From positions 310,001-374,000 of the forward strand of contig MU053365.1 in the NCBI GenBank assembly GCA_013239625.1: a stretch of 64,000 nt of DNA, in the 5' to 3' direction. Below the pieces are notes generated by a model. That model did not search any database and was not told the origin of the DNA. It saw only the letters and a list, made by a program, of their open reading frames with translations. Position 1 is the first letter of the stretch. Each line of letters opens with the position of its first letter. The position numbers were made by a program, and so were the translations under genes. Below, piece after piece: positions 1 through 11,175 of the stretch. The stretch comes from Lama guanicoe. Its lineage: Eukaryota.

Positions 1-1577
1 TTTGGCTATTTCTGACCTACAGAATGGCAATTCCATATAGTCAATCTAATATGGCCCATCTTACATGTGAGAAGACTGAGGCATTTAAAAGCAAAGTAAC
101 TTGGACCCCAAACTCATGAGTTACAGAGGTAGTAGGAAGTGATATCTACCTCCTACTGCTGATTTTAGGATTAGATGAGATGGTACATGTAAAGCATTGA
201 GCACAGTGCCCACCCACAGTAATGGCTGAATTAATAATAACTACTGTTACTGACAAATCTTTGCTGAGGACAGGGCCAGCTACGTCATTTCTGAGGCCCA
301 GTGCAAAATTAAAACATGAGGCCCCTGAGAGAGAAGCAAGATGGCGGAGTAGAAGGATGCTTGTAGCGCACCCTCTCCCACAAATACACAAAAATTCACA
401 TCTACGGACCTACTCAGCCAACCAGAGCACCTGCGGAACTCCGACAGAACATCACCCTCTTTGAAAGACAAAGACGCCAAAAATCTGGTAGGAGAAAAGG
501 GAAAAAGAAAGAATAAAAAGCAGAACAGTGTGGGACTGATCCCGCCGGGAGGGAGCGGCAAAGGAGGAACAGTGCTCGTTCACTGGGTTTCCCCCCTCTC
601 CAACAGAGAGGCCAGCAGGATGGAGGGGGAGCCTCCGAGGCTCAGATCTGCCCCGAGTACCCCTTGACCGACAGAAATGAGTTATGCGGGCACAAAGGGT
701 CCCCACGACACCCAGCCCACATTGCGAACGGGCAGCTGGGGCCAGGACAGGTGGCCCGAGCCGGGCGGGGGACGGGGTCGGCTGCGCCGAGGCAGCCCCG
801 GGGGACTGCAGGGGGCTGCACGCCGTGGCTGGGAGGGGATACAGAGCAGAACAACCTCGGTCCCCCATAAATAGCGAAAAAAGCAAAGCAACACGGCTGG
901 TGTGCCCTGGGGGGGAGGGGCACCATAGTTTTGTCTCCCCAGACCTGCGCTGCCATTACTGGCGCATCTCGTGAGAAGAGAGGCAGGGCACGACCACAGC
1001 TGCCACGTCCTCCTGTGCGCAGCACCCGGGCGGGGGCGGGGCCGAGCCCTGAATCTGCACCGGGGTCTCCGCGGCCTCCTGGGCAGGACTGAGACTTGTT
1101 TACAGCCCCAGACGGATAGGATCTTTCTGCCCTGGCACCTCAGAGAACTCGCGCCGCCAAAACAAACGAGCTGAGATTTGGCATGGAACCGACCCAAGGC
1201 GGAGCGGGCGGGCAGCCACCCCTCTTCCTGGCAGGAATGCAGCACCTGACCACGGGGCTGGGAGGGGGCACGATCCGCACACCTGCCTCTCCCCGAGTGC
1301 AGCATCTGACTGTGGTATCAGGAGGGGGAGTGACCTGCTTGCCCACCGGGTAAGAGCTCAGCTCCTGGCCCAGTGTTGGGAAGGGGCATGATCTGCTAGC
1401 CAACAGCCACTGGGAGCAGCACAGACGAGGGCGCCAACAGAGGGCCTCTGGAAACAGCAAGCTGAGTTCACAAAACAGGGCGAAGACACAAAGACCTCTC
1501 CATAAAATCATTAAGAGCACAGCGTCTCCAGGAGAACTAGATAACTGATACTCCTTAAGCCACAGTGCCAGAGAGAG

Positions 1578-2293
1578 ATGAGCAATATAAAGAAGCAGAG
1601 GAACCACTCCCAATTAAAAGAGCAAGAGAAATCCCCTGAAAGCACGATCAAGGAAATAGACATTGATGGCCTACTAGATCAAGATTTCAAAAAAGGAGTG
1701 ATCAAAGTACTGAAGGAACTAAAAGAAATAGTGTTTAGAGATATAAAATATGTCAAAAATGAAATTGAAGCTATAAAGAACCAAGTAGAATTAGTAAACT
1801 CATTTGCTGAGATGAGAACTGACCTAAAGGCTGTACAAAGCAGACTAGATAATGCAGAGGAACGAATAAGTGACCTAGAAGACAGGACAACAGAAAGCAC
1901 CCGATCAGAACAGCTGAGAGAAAAACAAATAAAAAACAATGAGTACAATATAAGGGACCTATGGGATAATATAAAGCATGCCAATCTATGCATGATAGGG
2001 GTTCCAGAAGGGNNNNNNNNNNNNNNNNNNNNNNNNNNNNNNNNNNNNNNNNNNNNNNNNNNNNNNNNNNNNNNNNNNNNNNNNNNNNNNNNCAAACACT
2101 ACAGGCCAGAAGGGAGTGGCAAGATATATTCAAAGTCTTGAATGAAAAAAAAGATGCAGGCTAGGATACTCTATCCAGCAAGGCTATCCTTTAGAATAGA
2201 AGGAGAGATAAAGAACTTCACAGACAAGCAAAAACTAAGAGTTTAGCAATACTGAACCCATGCTAAAAGATATATTGACAGGTCTACCCTAAA
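1578..2293 (+). pseudogene. L1 ORF1p, disrupted, spans an 80-N assembly gap
   Basis: Coiled coil plus LWDNIKHANLCMIGVPEG, QTLQARREWQDIFKVL and RILYPARLSF motifs; frameshifts near 2145-2152 and ~2238. Confidence 0.88.
2013..2092. other. Assembly gap (80 N)
   Basis: Run of n; the homologous ORF1 stretch in copy B is ~265 bp, so the gap size is probably underestimated. Confidence 0.99.
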
Positions 2294-5200
2294 TAGAAAA
2301 GAAGCAGGATGCTACAAAAATGAGAAACTCATAACTGGAAAGGAGATAACTACCATGAATTACAAAGAGAATAAACACAAAATTGTAAAAGAAGACATCT
2401 AAATCATTAAGAGTGGGAGAGGGAAGCAAGGAAAGCCATTGTGGAAAACAGTATGGAGATTCCTCAAAAGACTAGGACTAGACTTACCATATGACCCAGG
2501 AATCCCGCTCCTGGGCATATATCCAGAAGGAACCCTACTTCAAAAAGACACCTGCACCCCAATGTTCATAGCAGCACTATTTACAATAGCCAAGACATGG
2601 AAGCAGCCTAGATGTCCATCAATAGATGACTGAATAAAGAAGTGGTGGTATATTTATACAATGGAATACTATTCAGCCACAAAAACCGACAACATAATGC
2701 CATTTGCAGCAACATGGATGCTCCTGGAGAATGTCATTCTAAATGAAGTAAGCCAGAAAGAGAAAGAAAAATACCATATGAGATCACTTATATGAGAAAT
2801 CTAAACAAAACAAAACAAAACAAAACATAAATACAAAACAGAAACAGACTCACAGACATAGAATACAAACTTGTGGTTGCCAAGGGGGCGGGGGGTAGGA
2901 AGGGACAGACTGGGATTTTAAAATGCAGAATAGATGAACAAGATTATACTGTATGGCACAGGGGAATATATACAAGATCTTGTGGTAGCTCACAGAAAAA
3001 ACAATGTGACAATGAATATATGTATGTTCATGTATGACTGAAAAATTGTGCTCTACACTAGAATTTGGCACAACGTTGTAAAATGACTATTACTCAATAA
3101 AAAAATGTTAAAACAAATAAGGAGAAACAATTTTTTCAAGAGAAAAAAAAAACATGAGGCCCCTTGTTCAAAAGTCAGAGTAAACTACATCACCAAGGTG
3201 TCTGTCTGTGTCAAAACTGTGGCCACTCTATATGCACTTTATTTACTCTTTATACAAATAAATATACTAGAGACTTTTTTTTTAAAAAAGGAACTCAGGG
3301 TGAAGACCCCATAAAGGTTACAAAAATATAAACCTCTTTTTCCTTCCTCCCACCATCTCTCTCTGGACCTCTCCTGCTGATTTTTATTTGCTATTTAATG
3401 TCACATTCACTTGAGCACAGAGATACTTATGAGGCCAGTATAGACCCTCAAAGGTGCCAGCTGCCAGATTCCTCCTCCTGCCAGCTGCCAGATGGCCACA
3501 CAGGGCCCCAGCTGAGGACTGGAGGGCAGGGAAGTCAAGCCAGGCCTTTCTGTCTCCCACCAGACCACCACCGTGGCAGACAGGAGAATTCCACTGCAGG
3601 ACAGCTTGGTACCTGGGTCAGGGTAGATAGAGGTTCACCTCCGCCTAGATGCCCAATGTATGGTGATGCTGCCATGTCCCACCCTGACACTCCACAGTAC
3701 ACACGTGCCTAACTCTGACCCTCCCCATGCCTACACCCAGGCCCCTCCCAGGGACAGAGGGCGGCAGTGATCTCTGGGAGGTGATGTGGAGGGAGAGGCC
3801 AAGTGGTGTCCAGGAGTACCAGGGCCAGGGGCGCAGGTAGCCAAGAGCCCATTCCAGGACAGTGAGGGTGAAGGTTAGGGTGAGGGTTGGGAGGTAAGCT
3901 GAGGCCCCCAGGCTTACTATACCATCAGACTTCACTTACAAAACAAAGTCAAATATAAAATGATTTAGAATTTCAAGACAGTAACCAGAGAACATTAAAC
4001 CAAGCCCAGAGCCCTTCTGAGCCCTGAGCAGCTACCCTGGCTGCACGCCATGAAGCCAAGCACTGAGCCGGTTCCTGAAGAGACCACAGAAGGGAATCAG
4101 AGCCCGCCGAGCACAGAGGCAGCACACTTGGGCTCTGATGAGCCCTGTGTGGACCTGAGGGCGGGAAGGGATCCAGCCCAGAAAGGGTGAAGAGAGGCGT
4201 GCACATCAGTCTCCAGAGTGGGCATCCATCACCCTCCCTGGCCGGCCCCAGGCCATCATTTTGGATTCCAAGCCAGACTCCCTTTCCCCAAAGCCTCCAC
4301 TTGGCTACTCCAGGCTTCTTACATCTCTCCTCAGGCACATACCAAAAAGATGCTGTGAATTCTGGTACCATGTAAACTCTTCTTTCTTATATCATTCATG
4401 TGACAAATAATACATCCTATACCTTGGATTTCCAAACCCTAGAGAAGAGTGCCATTCCCCTCCCTGGGGGTGGCTCCAGGACCCCTCAACAGGCCTCACC
4501 GTGGTTCCCCATTCGAAAGATGGGCCAGACAGACACTCACAAAAGAGACACTGTGGAGTTGTGCTGGTTAAAATAGTTAAAGCACTTTGAAGATCTAATG
4601 TGCTACATTAATTCTCCATTCCATTATTACTACTAAATGCTCAACCTTTGTGCATCGGAATATCTGGAAAGGGACATTTGATTCATGATGAGTCAAGAGT
4701 GATTTAAAATGTTGACCCTAGCTCTAAGCATAGCTGGAGTTTTATGTGCATCGTATAATGCAATAATTGCTATGGTAACTGCTCATTTATATTAATTAGA
4801 GGAGTAAATAGAGTTCTGTAATATATATTCCAGACTAATGCCAAGAGCATCAGTAAGATCTTCCCATTGAAAGGTTTAATTGATGCACTTGCCTTGTAGG
4901 AAAATCTGCTTTTTTTTCTTCATAGGTATATTTAGCCCATTTAAAGCAATTTTCTTTTATTCTCCCTTTCCCTTCTGCCTTGCACTGCCTCTGGGATTCC
5001 AAGGCAATTAGCCATTTGTGTGGAGGAAAAGGCCTTAATGTGCAGCAATCCTGAGATTTTTTGCTCTGTGAGTATTGGAGACATTTCGTGAGTAAATAAT
5101 AGGAACAGATTCTTCTGAAGCCCTGGCCATTGGAGCAAATCTTCTAAGCAAGAAGCGTTTGCAAGTTTATGGTGAAGTCATCAGGTGATTTTCAGCCTGA

Positions 5201-5344
5201 AAATTTGAAAGACCGTAGGGGAGGCCTATTCTCTGCTCCAGTTCATTTGGTTCTCAAATGTGTCAGGAGGAAAATGAGAAACCAGAACAACAACAGAATA
5301 TCACCTGCACAGATCTCGCAAGAGGATCTCTGAATGGCTGTGAT

Positions 5345-5715
5345 GAGCAGAGCCCTTGTGTGGCAGTAGCAAACAACTCCCCAGTCTGAGTGGTGTAACC
5401 TAACCAAAGCCCGATTTTTGCTCCTGCTACGTGTCTGACGTGGGTCAGCAGAGGGACTCTGCTCATCGCAGCCCTTCAGAGACTGAGGACAGCAGAGGAC
5501 CTACCTCAGCGTTTGATCTCACCACTACCTCAGTAAGAAGTTAACTCAGCAAATTACACCTGAAAGTGACAAGGTAACTTGCACTCATATTTCACTGGCC
5601 AATCAAGTCATGTAACGAAACCTAACTTCAAAGAAGGATAGAGAAGTGCGACCCTTCTGTGTGACCTAGAAGACAGAGAGCCAGAAATATCGGGTGAGCA
5701 GCAATGACTCCAATG
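5345..5715 (-). mobile_element. Old MaLR (MLT1-type) LTR remnant
   Basis: gtgggtcagcagagggactctgctcat...ttcactggccaatcaagtcatgtaacgaaacctaacttcaaag resembles reverse MLT1J/K/L. Confidence 0.55.
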
Positions 5716-5851
5716 GCAGATATACGCAATCTGGTACCCTAATCTGATGTTGGGGGAAGGGTAAGAGGAGACAGCACCGTGTTCAACAACTCTATCCACA
5801 ACACAGAACAACAAACCCTCAGGACTCCGGAAAGATAAAAGTGGTTTTTTA

Positions 5852-6049
5852 TTTTTAATTTTTAAACATTTTTACTTAAAAAATTTTTTGATTGAAGTAT
5901 AGTTGATTTACAATGTTGTGTTAGTTTCTGGTGCACAGTGTAGTGATTCAGTTATACATTATATATACATATTCTTTATCATTATAAGTTATTACAAGAT
6001 ATTGAATACAATTCCCTGTGCTTAACAGTAAGACCTTGGTTTTTTTATT
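5852..6049 (-). mobile_element. Short 5'-truncated L1 3' end
   Basis: attgaagtatagttgatttacaatgttgtg... 3' UTR; 16-bp TSD taaaagtggtttttta at 5836-5851 and 6050-6065. Confidence 0.85.
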
Positions 6050-6287
6050 TAAAAGTGGTTTTTTAAATTTTATTTTTCTTTCATTTTTGAAGAGACATCT
6101 TTTTATTATTATTAAAAAAACCTGTCATTACTGTAGAAACTTATGAAAATACATAAAAAGAAAGAAAATCAAAATCACCAGTCATCGCATTTCCCAGAGG
6201 TAAGCACTGCAGGCATTTGGAAGTCTATCTTTGCTATCTCGTCTTGCCCTGTTTTTTCTTTTCCTAAATCTAAAACAGCATTATCTT

Positions 6288-6410
6288 TTTAAAAAAGATT
6301 TATTTATTTATTTATTTACTTACTTATTTTTAGAGGGGGTACTGGGGACTGAACCCAGGACCTTGTGCATGCTAAGCATACACTCTACCACTGAACTAGA
6401 CCCTCCCCCC
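6288..6410 (-). mobile_element. Camelid tRNA-derived SINE (Vic-type)
   Basis: actggggactgaacccaggaccttgtgcatgctaagcatacactctaccactgaacta (reverse A/B boxes) with a (TTTA)n tail. Confidence 0.85.
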
Positions 6411-7087
6411 ATAAAACAATATCATCTTGACTGGACATTCTCGCGTCTCTACTTTTTGGTCTTCCTCTTCATTCACACCCATTTGTTTTGTTTCTCCTCT
6501 GGCCTCTCCATGGGCCTCTCTCACTCAGAACATGTTGATTCCTTCCTGTTTTCCTCTTGATGGACCTCAATCAGAAGCCCATAGTGAAATATCTATAAGG
6601 AAGCAAAACTTTCTCTGGCTGATATTTACCAACTTTTATGGAATAATCCCAGTGAGCTTTTACATCCACGGCCTCCAACTCTTTCCTATAAGATTTCCCA
6701 AAGGCCCCTGCAAGGAAGGGAATGTACAAGGAAGATGCTCTGCCCTGCATAGTGATGGATAGCTCTCTTATTTCTTGTATGAAAAAAAATATGTTTTATT
6801 TTACCTTTAGTCTTAAATGCTGTACCAGTTTTTCTTGATATAGAACTCTGGATATACTGAATGATTTCGCTTACCCCAGAGCTATGACCTTTTAAAAAAT
6901 TATGTTAACTTTTCATTGACTTCTGAAGAAACAACTCTTTTATTACACCAAGTTTGGCTTGGAACAAAATTCTATATTGGTGGCCATTTTTCTTCAGCAT
7001 TTTAAAGATATCCTCCCAGTATCTTGTAGAATCCATTATTGCTGATGAAAAATCTGCCCATCTAATTTTTGTTTGTCAGTAATCTGC

Positions 7088-7595
7088 TAGTGGTAGGTCA
7101 TTTCTAAAATGACTGGTGCTTCATGATCTCAGCCTACTGCTATGTGTCCCTTTGTGTAGTCCCCTGCCCTTTCATGTGGGCTGTGTCTAGTGACTTTATT
7201 CTAATGAACAGAATAAGACAAAAGTGATGAGATGTCACTTCCAAGATTAGGTTACAGAAAAACTCTGTTTTCCATCTTGGATGGCCTCTATTCCTCTCCT
7301 ACTTGGTTGCTCAAATGAAGTTGGCTGCCATGTTGTGAACTTCCCTATGGAGAGGCATATGTGGCAAGAAGTGAGGAAGACTTCCAGCCAACAGCTGGAA
7401 AAGAACTGAGGCTCAGTCCGATAACCAGTGAGAAACTGAATCCTATTAAGTTCACATGTCCCAGCTGATACCTCAGTTGCAGCCTTGTTAAAGACACTGA
7501 GGCAGAGACAGCCAGCTAATCTGCACCCAAATTCCTAATCCACTGAAACTGAGATAATCAGTATTTGTTGTTTTAAGACATAGGTAACTACTACA
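7088..7595 (+). mobile_element. MaLR LTR (MLT1F-like)
   Basis: aaagtgatgagatgtcacttccaagattaggttac...tgccatgttgtgaacttccctatggagaggcatatgtggcaag...ttgttgttttaag..aactactaca. Confidence 0.75.
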
Positions 7596-7734
7596 TTGCC
7601 TTTATGGCAGTATTTAAGATTTTCTCTTTTTCTTCCCTATCAGAACATGAGACTTATTATGATGTGCATGTGTATGGAGGGTGAGGATTTAGTTTTATTT
7701 ATCATGCTTGACATTTTAAGTGCACTTTAAAAAT

Positions 7735-8560
7735 TTTTTATTACAGAATATTTCACACCTAAAATGATAATTCCTTAATATCATCAAATATTCAGTCATG
7801 GTTCACATTTATTTTCAGATTGTATTATAATATTTTATACTTGGTTTATTCAAATTAGGACCCAAATACATTATAAATTGATACTAAAATTTCCAATTCA
7901 AAATCAAGATTGTAGATTCTATAGTTACTTTCTTTAATATTATGTGTCTATTACTTTTCTCTCATGTAGAAAATCTAATTGCTAATGACATTGACATAAT
8001 TTCTTATTTGCTTTATATCTCTATTGATCAATTGATAGGTAGATGTAAAATAGATTCAGAACAACAATACTAATTTTTAAATTACCAATAAGATTACTGA
8101 AGATATTGTAAGGGTTTTTTGGTTTTTGGTTTTGTTTTGTTTTGTTGTTCTGGGGTTGTGGGTTGGGTTTGGTTGTGGATTTTTGTTTCGAGTTTTTGGT
8201 TGTTGTTATTGTTTGGTTGGGTTTTTTTTTTTTTTTAAAAAAAATTTTTTTTTTTTTTTTGCCTAGGGTATATCCCACTTGGGATAAACAGTCAAATTAC
8301 TGCCTCTTGGAATAATTCCTTTCTGTGTGGTTCAGCCACCAACTCAATAACACAGTTCATTTCATTTGTTTACTTTCATTTTCAGCTTGTAGGAATGGCT
8401 TTTGTTTTCAATTTCTTTTAATTTTGCACTATAATTATGCAAAACGTTTATATCATTCCAAAGTCTAATAGACAATTCAAATATACTCCAAGAGGTATGG
8501 CTTTTATCCCTTTACTCTCATTCTAGGTCCCTTCTTTCCCCATAAGTGGCCATTAAAAAA
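7735..8560 (-). mobile_element. Old L1MC-like 3' region containing a G/T-rich low-complexity tract (8112-8260)
   Basis: aattccttaatatcatcaaatattcagtcatg.. and aaattccaattcaaaatcaagatt.. resemble L1MC4-type 3' UTR. Confidence 0.5.
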
Positions 8561-8580
8561 AATGCTATGGCTATTCTTTT

Positions 8581-9345
8581 TATTGAGGTACAGTTGGTGT
8601 ACAATATTATATATGTTACAGGTGTACAACGTAGTGATTCACAATTTTAAAGGTTATGCTTAGTTTATAGTTATTATAAAATATTGATTGTGTTATACAA
8701 TATATCCTTGTGGCTTATATATTTTATTCTTAATACTTTATACCTCTTAATCCCCTACTCCTATATTGTCCCTCCCCCTTTCCCTCTTTCCACTGGTAAC
8801 CACTAATTTGTTCTCTATATCTGTGAGTCTGCTTCTTTTTTGTTATATTCACTAGTTTGTTGTATTTTTTAGATTCCACATATAAGTGATATCATGCCGT
8901 ATTTGTCTTTCTCTGTCTGACTTATTTCACTTAGCATAATGCTCCCTAAGTCCATCCATGTTGTTGCAAATGGTGAAATTTTGTTCTTTTTTATGTCTGA
9001 GTAGTATTCCTGAGTAGTATTCCATATATATATATACCACATCTTCTTTATACATTCATTTGTTGATACACACTTACATTGTTTCCATATCTTGGCAATT
9101 GTAAATAATACTGCTATGAACGCTGGGGTGCATGTATCTTTTCAAGTTTGTTTGTTTGTTTTTTGAATATATACCCAAGAGTGGGCTTGCTGGATCATAT
9201 GGTAGTTCTATTTTTAGTTTTTTGAGAAACCTCCATACTGTTTTCCACAGTGGCTGCACCAATTTACGTTCCTACCAACAGTGTACAAGAGTTCTCTTTT
9301 CTCCACATCCTCGCCAACATTTGTTATTTGTAAACTTTTTGATGA
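8581..9345 (-). mobile_element. 5'-truncated L1 (ORF2 tail + 3' UTR)
   Basis: ORF2 C-terminal peptide [27 protein letters not shown] tatggctat(t/c)ctttt 8566-8580 and 9346-9360. Confidence 0.88.
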
Positions 9346-9529
9346 TATGGCTATCCTTTTTGGAGGGTGAGGAGGGTATAGCAAAGACACAGATTGTGTG
9401 TGTGTATATGTGTGTGTGTGCATTCATATCCTTCCTTTTTTTAGATAAATGAGAACATAGAAACTTTTTTTTCCTAACATTTTTTTCACTATCAATATAT
9501 ACTGAGATTTTCACTGTCTTCTGTCCATT

Positions 9530-10807
9530 ACAAATTTTTACATGCAGAAACATGCACAAATCCTAAGGGTATGGTTTGAAGAATTTTCACCAAGTGAATA
9601 CATCCATGTGAGCACCATCCAGGGCAAGAAAGGCAGCACGATCAGCACCCAGAAGCCCTTCTGCTGCCGCCTCCAACTTTCCTTCCCTTCTTTCTCGAAG
9701 GTAACCATGATTCTAACTTTTACTACCCTAGATTCATTTGCCTGTTTTTTAAAGTTTATATACATGGGGTCACATATTATCTACTGATTTGGGTCTGAAT
9801 GCTTCTGTTCAGCACTGTTTGTGAGGTTCATCCATGTTGTTGCCTGTAGAAGCAGACCATCTATTCTGATTGCTGGATGCTGTTCCATTACAGAACTGTC
9901 CCATGATTTATCGATCAGTCCTGTTGATGGACACCTGGGCTTTTTTCAGTTTAAGGCTTTAAAAATAGTGCTGGTGTGTGTCTTTTGGTGCAAGATATAG
10001 ATTTTTCTATTGGTTTTACCTACGAGTGTAATTATTGGATCATAAAATCTGCATCTATTCAGCATCAATAGATAGTGATGATTTTCCAATACGGCTGTAC
10101 CAATTTTCATTCCTCCCACTTGTGTCTGAGAATTCTGGTTGTTTCGCATGCTCAACATGTGATATTATTGTCCATCTTCTTTTTGTTAACCAGTTTGCCA
10201 GATGTGTGATAACACCTTACTGTGGTTTTAATATCTTTTCCCTGATGACAAATGAGGTGAAGCACGTTTGATGTTTGTTGGCCATTTGGATAACTTCTTT
10301 TATGAAGTGTCTGCTCAAGTCCTTTCTTTTTTTTAACATTTTTTATTGATTTATAATCATTTTACAATGTTGTGTCAAATTCCAGTGTTCAGCACAATTT
10401 TTCAGTCATTCATGGACATATATACACACTCATTGTCACATTTTTTTCTCTGTGAGTTATCATAACATTTTGTGTATATTTCCCTGTGCTATACAGTGTA
10501 ATCTTGTTTATCTATTCTACAATTTTGAAATCCCAGTCTATCCCTTCCCATCAAGTCCTTTTCTTATTTTTCTAAAAATATGTTTTTCTTATTGAATTGC
10601 AGGAATTCTTTAAATACTGTAGATACACGTACTTTATCAGTTACATTTATCACAGATATATTTTCTACTTTGTCTCCTGCTTTTCGCATACCTTAATTGT
10701 GTTATAGGATGAACAGAAGTTCTTATTTGAATGTAGTCCAAATTGTAATCATTCCACTTAGGGTGATTTTTTTTCTTTTGTTTATGACACCTTTGCCTAC
10801 CCCAAGG
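9530..10807 (-). mobile_element. Ancient L1ME-like element hosting two younger L1 insertions; resumes at ~15857-15945
   Basis: Degenerate L1 3' UTR/ORF2 tail (gatggacacctgggc.., gttggccatttggataacttcttttatgaagtgtctgctcaagtc); continues past both insertions. Confidence 0.7.
10326..10550 (-). mobile_element. Short young camelid L1 3' end
   Basis: Nearly the same 3' UTR as copies A and B; 11-bp TSD tcaagtccttt at 10315-10325 and 10551-10561. Confidence 0.9.
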
Positions 10808-11175
10808 TCATGAAGGTATTCTCTTATTTTTATAATTTTTATTTATTTTTTAACATTTTTTATTGAGTTATAATCATTTTACAATGTTGTGTCAAATTCC
10901 AGGGTAGAGCACAATTTTTCAGTTACACATGAACATATATATATTCATTGTCACATTTTTCTCTCTGTGAGCTACCACAAAATCTTGTATATATTTCCCT
11001 GTGCTATACAGTATAATCTTGTTTATCTGCTCTACATATACATGTCAGTATCTATAAATTTTGAACTCCCAGTCTATCCCTTCCAACCCCCTGCCCCCTT
11101 GGCAACCACAAGTTTGTATTCTATGTCTATGAGTCTGTTTCTGTTTTGTATTTATGCTTTGTTTGTTTGTTTGTT

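Larger units (their letters stand above)
327..3148 (+). mobile_element. Camelid L1 copy A: intact 5' end, 5' UTR, ORF1, part of the inter-ORF spacer, ORF2 almost wholly deleted, 3' UTR and A tail
   Basis: Perfect 16-bp TSD aaaacatgaggcccct (311-326, 3149-3164); YY1 motif caagatggcgg 337-347; CpG-rich 5' UTR; ORF1 from 1578; junction to the ORF2 tail (..[23 protein letters not shown]) at ~2434/2435. Confidence 0.93.
271..4065 (-). mobile_element. MER45-type hAT DNA transposon remnant (~950 bp net), split by the L1 at 327-3148
   Basis: Starts cagggccagctacgtcatttctgaggcccagtgcaaaattaaaacatgaggcccct|tgttcaaaa and ends ggctgcacgccatgaagccaagcactg, both resembling MER45 termini. Confidence 0.7.

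Noticed and set aside
452..1613. Many long overlapping ORFs in the L1 5' UTRs (also 14586-15502)
   Set aside because: Expected in stop-poor GC-rich sequence; frames differ between the two copies except the terminal antisense frame reported separately
8112..8260. G/T-rich tract giving a Lys/Asn/Gln-rich ORF (8021..8278)
   Set aside because: Low-complexity decayed poly(T)/(GTTTT)n, possibly poor-quality sequence; no coding signal
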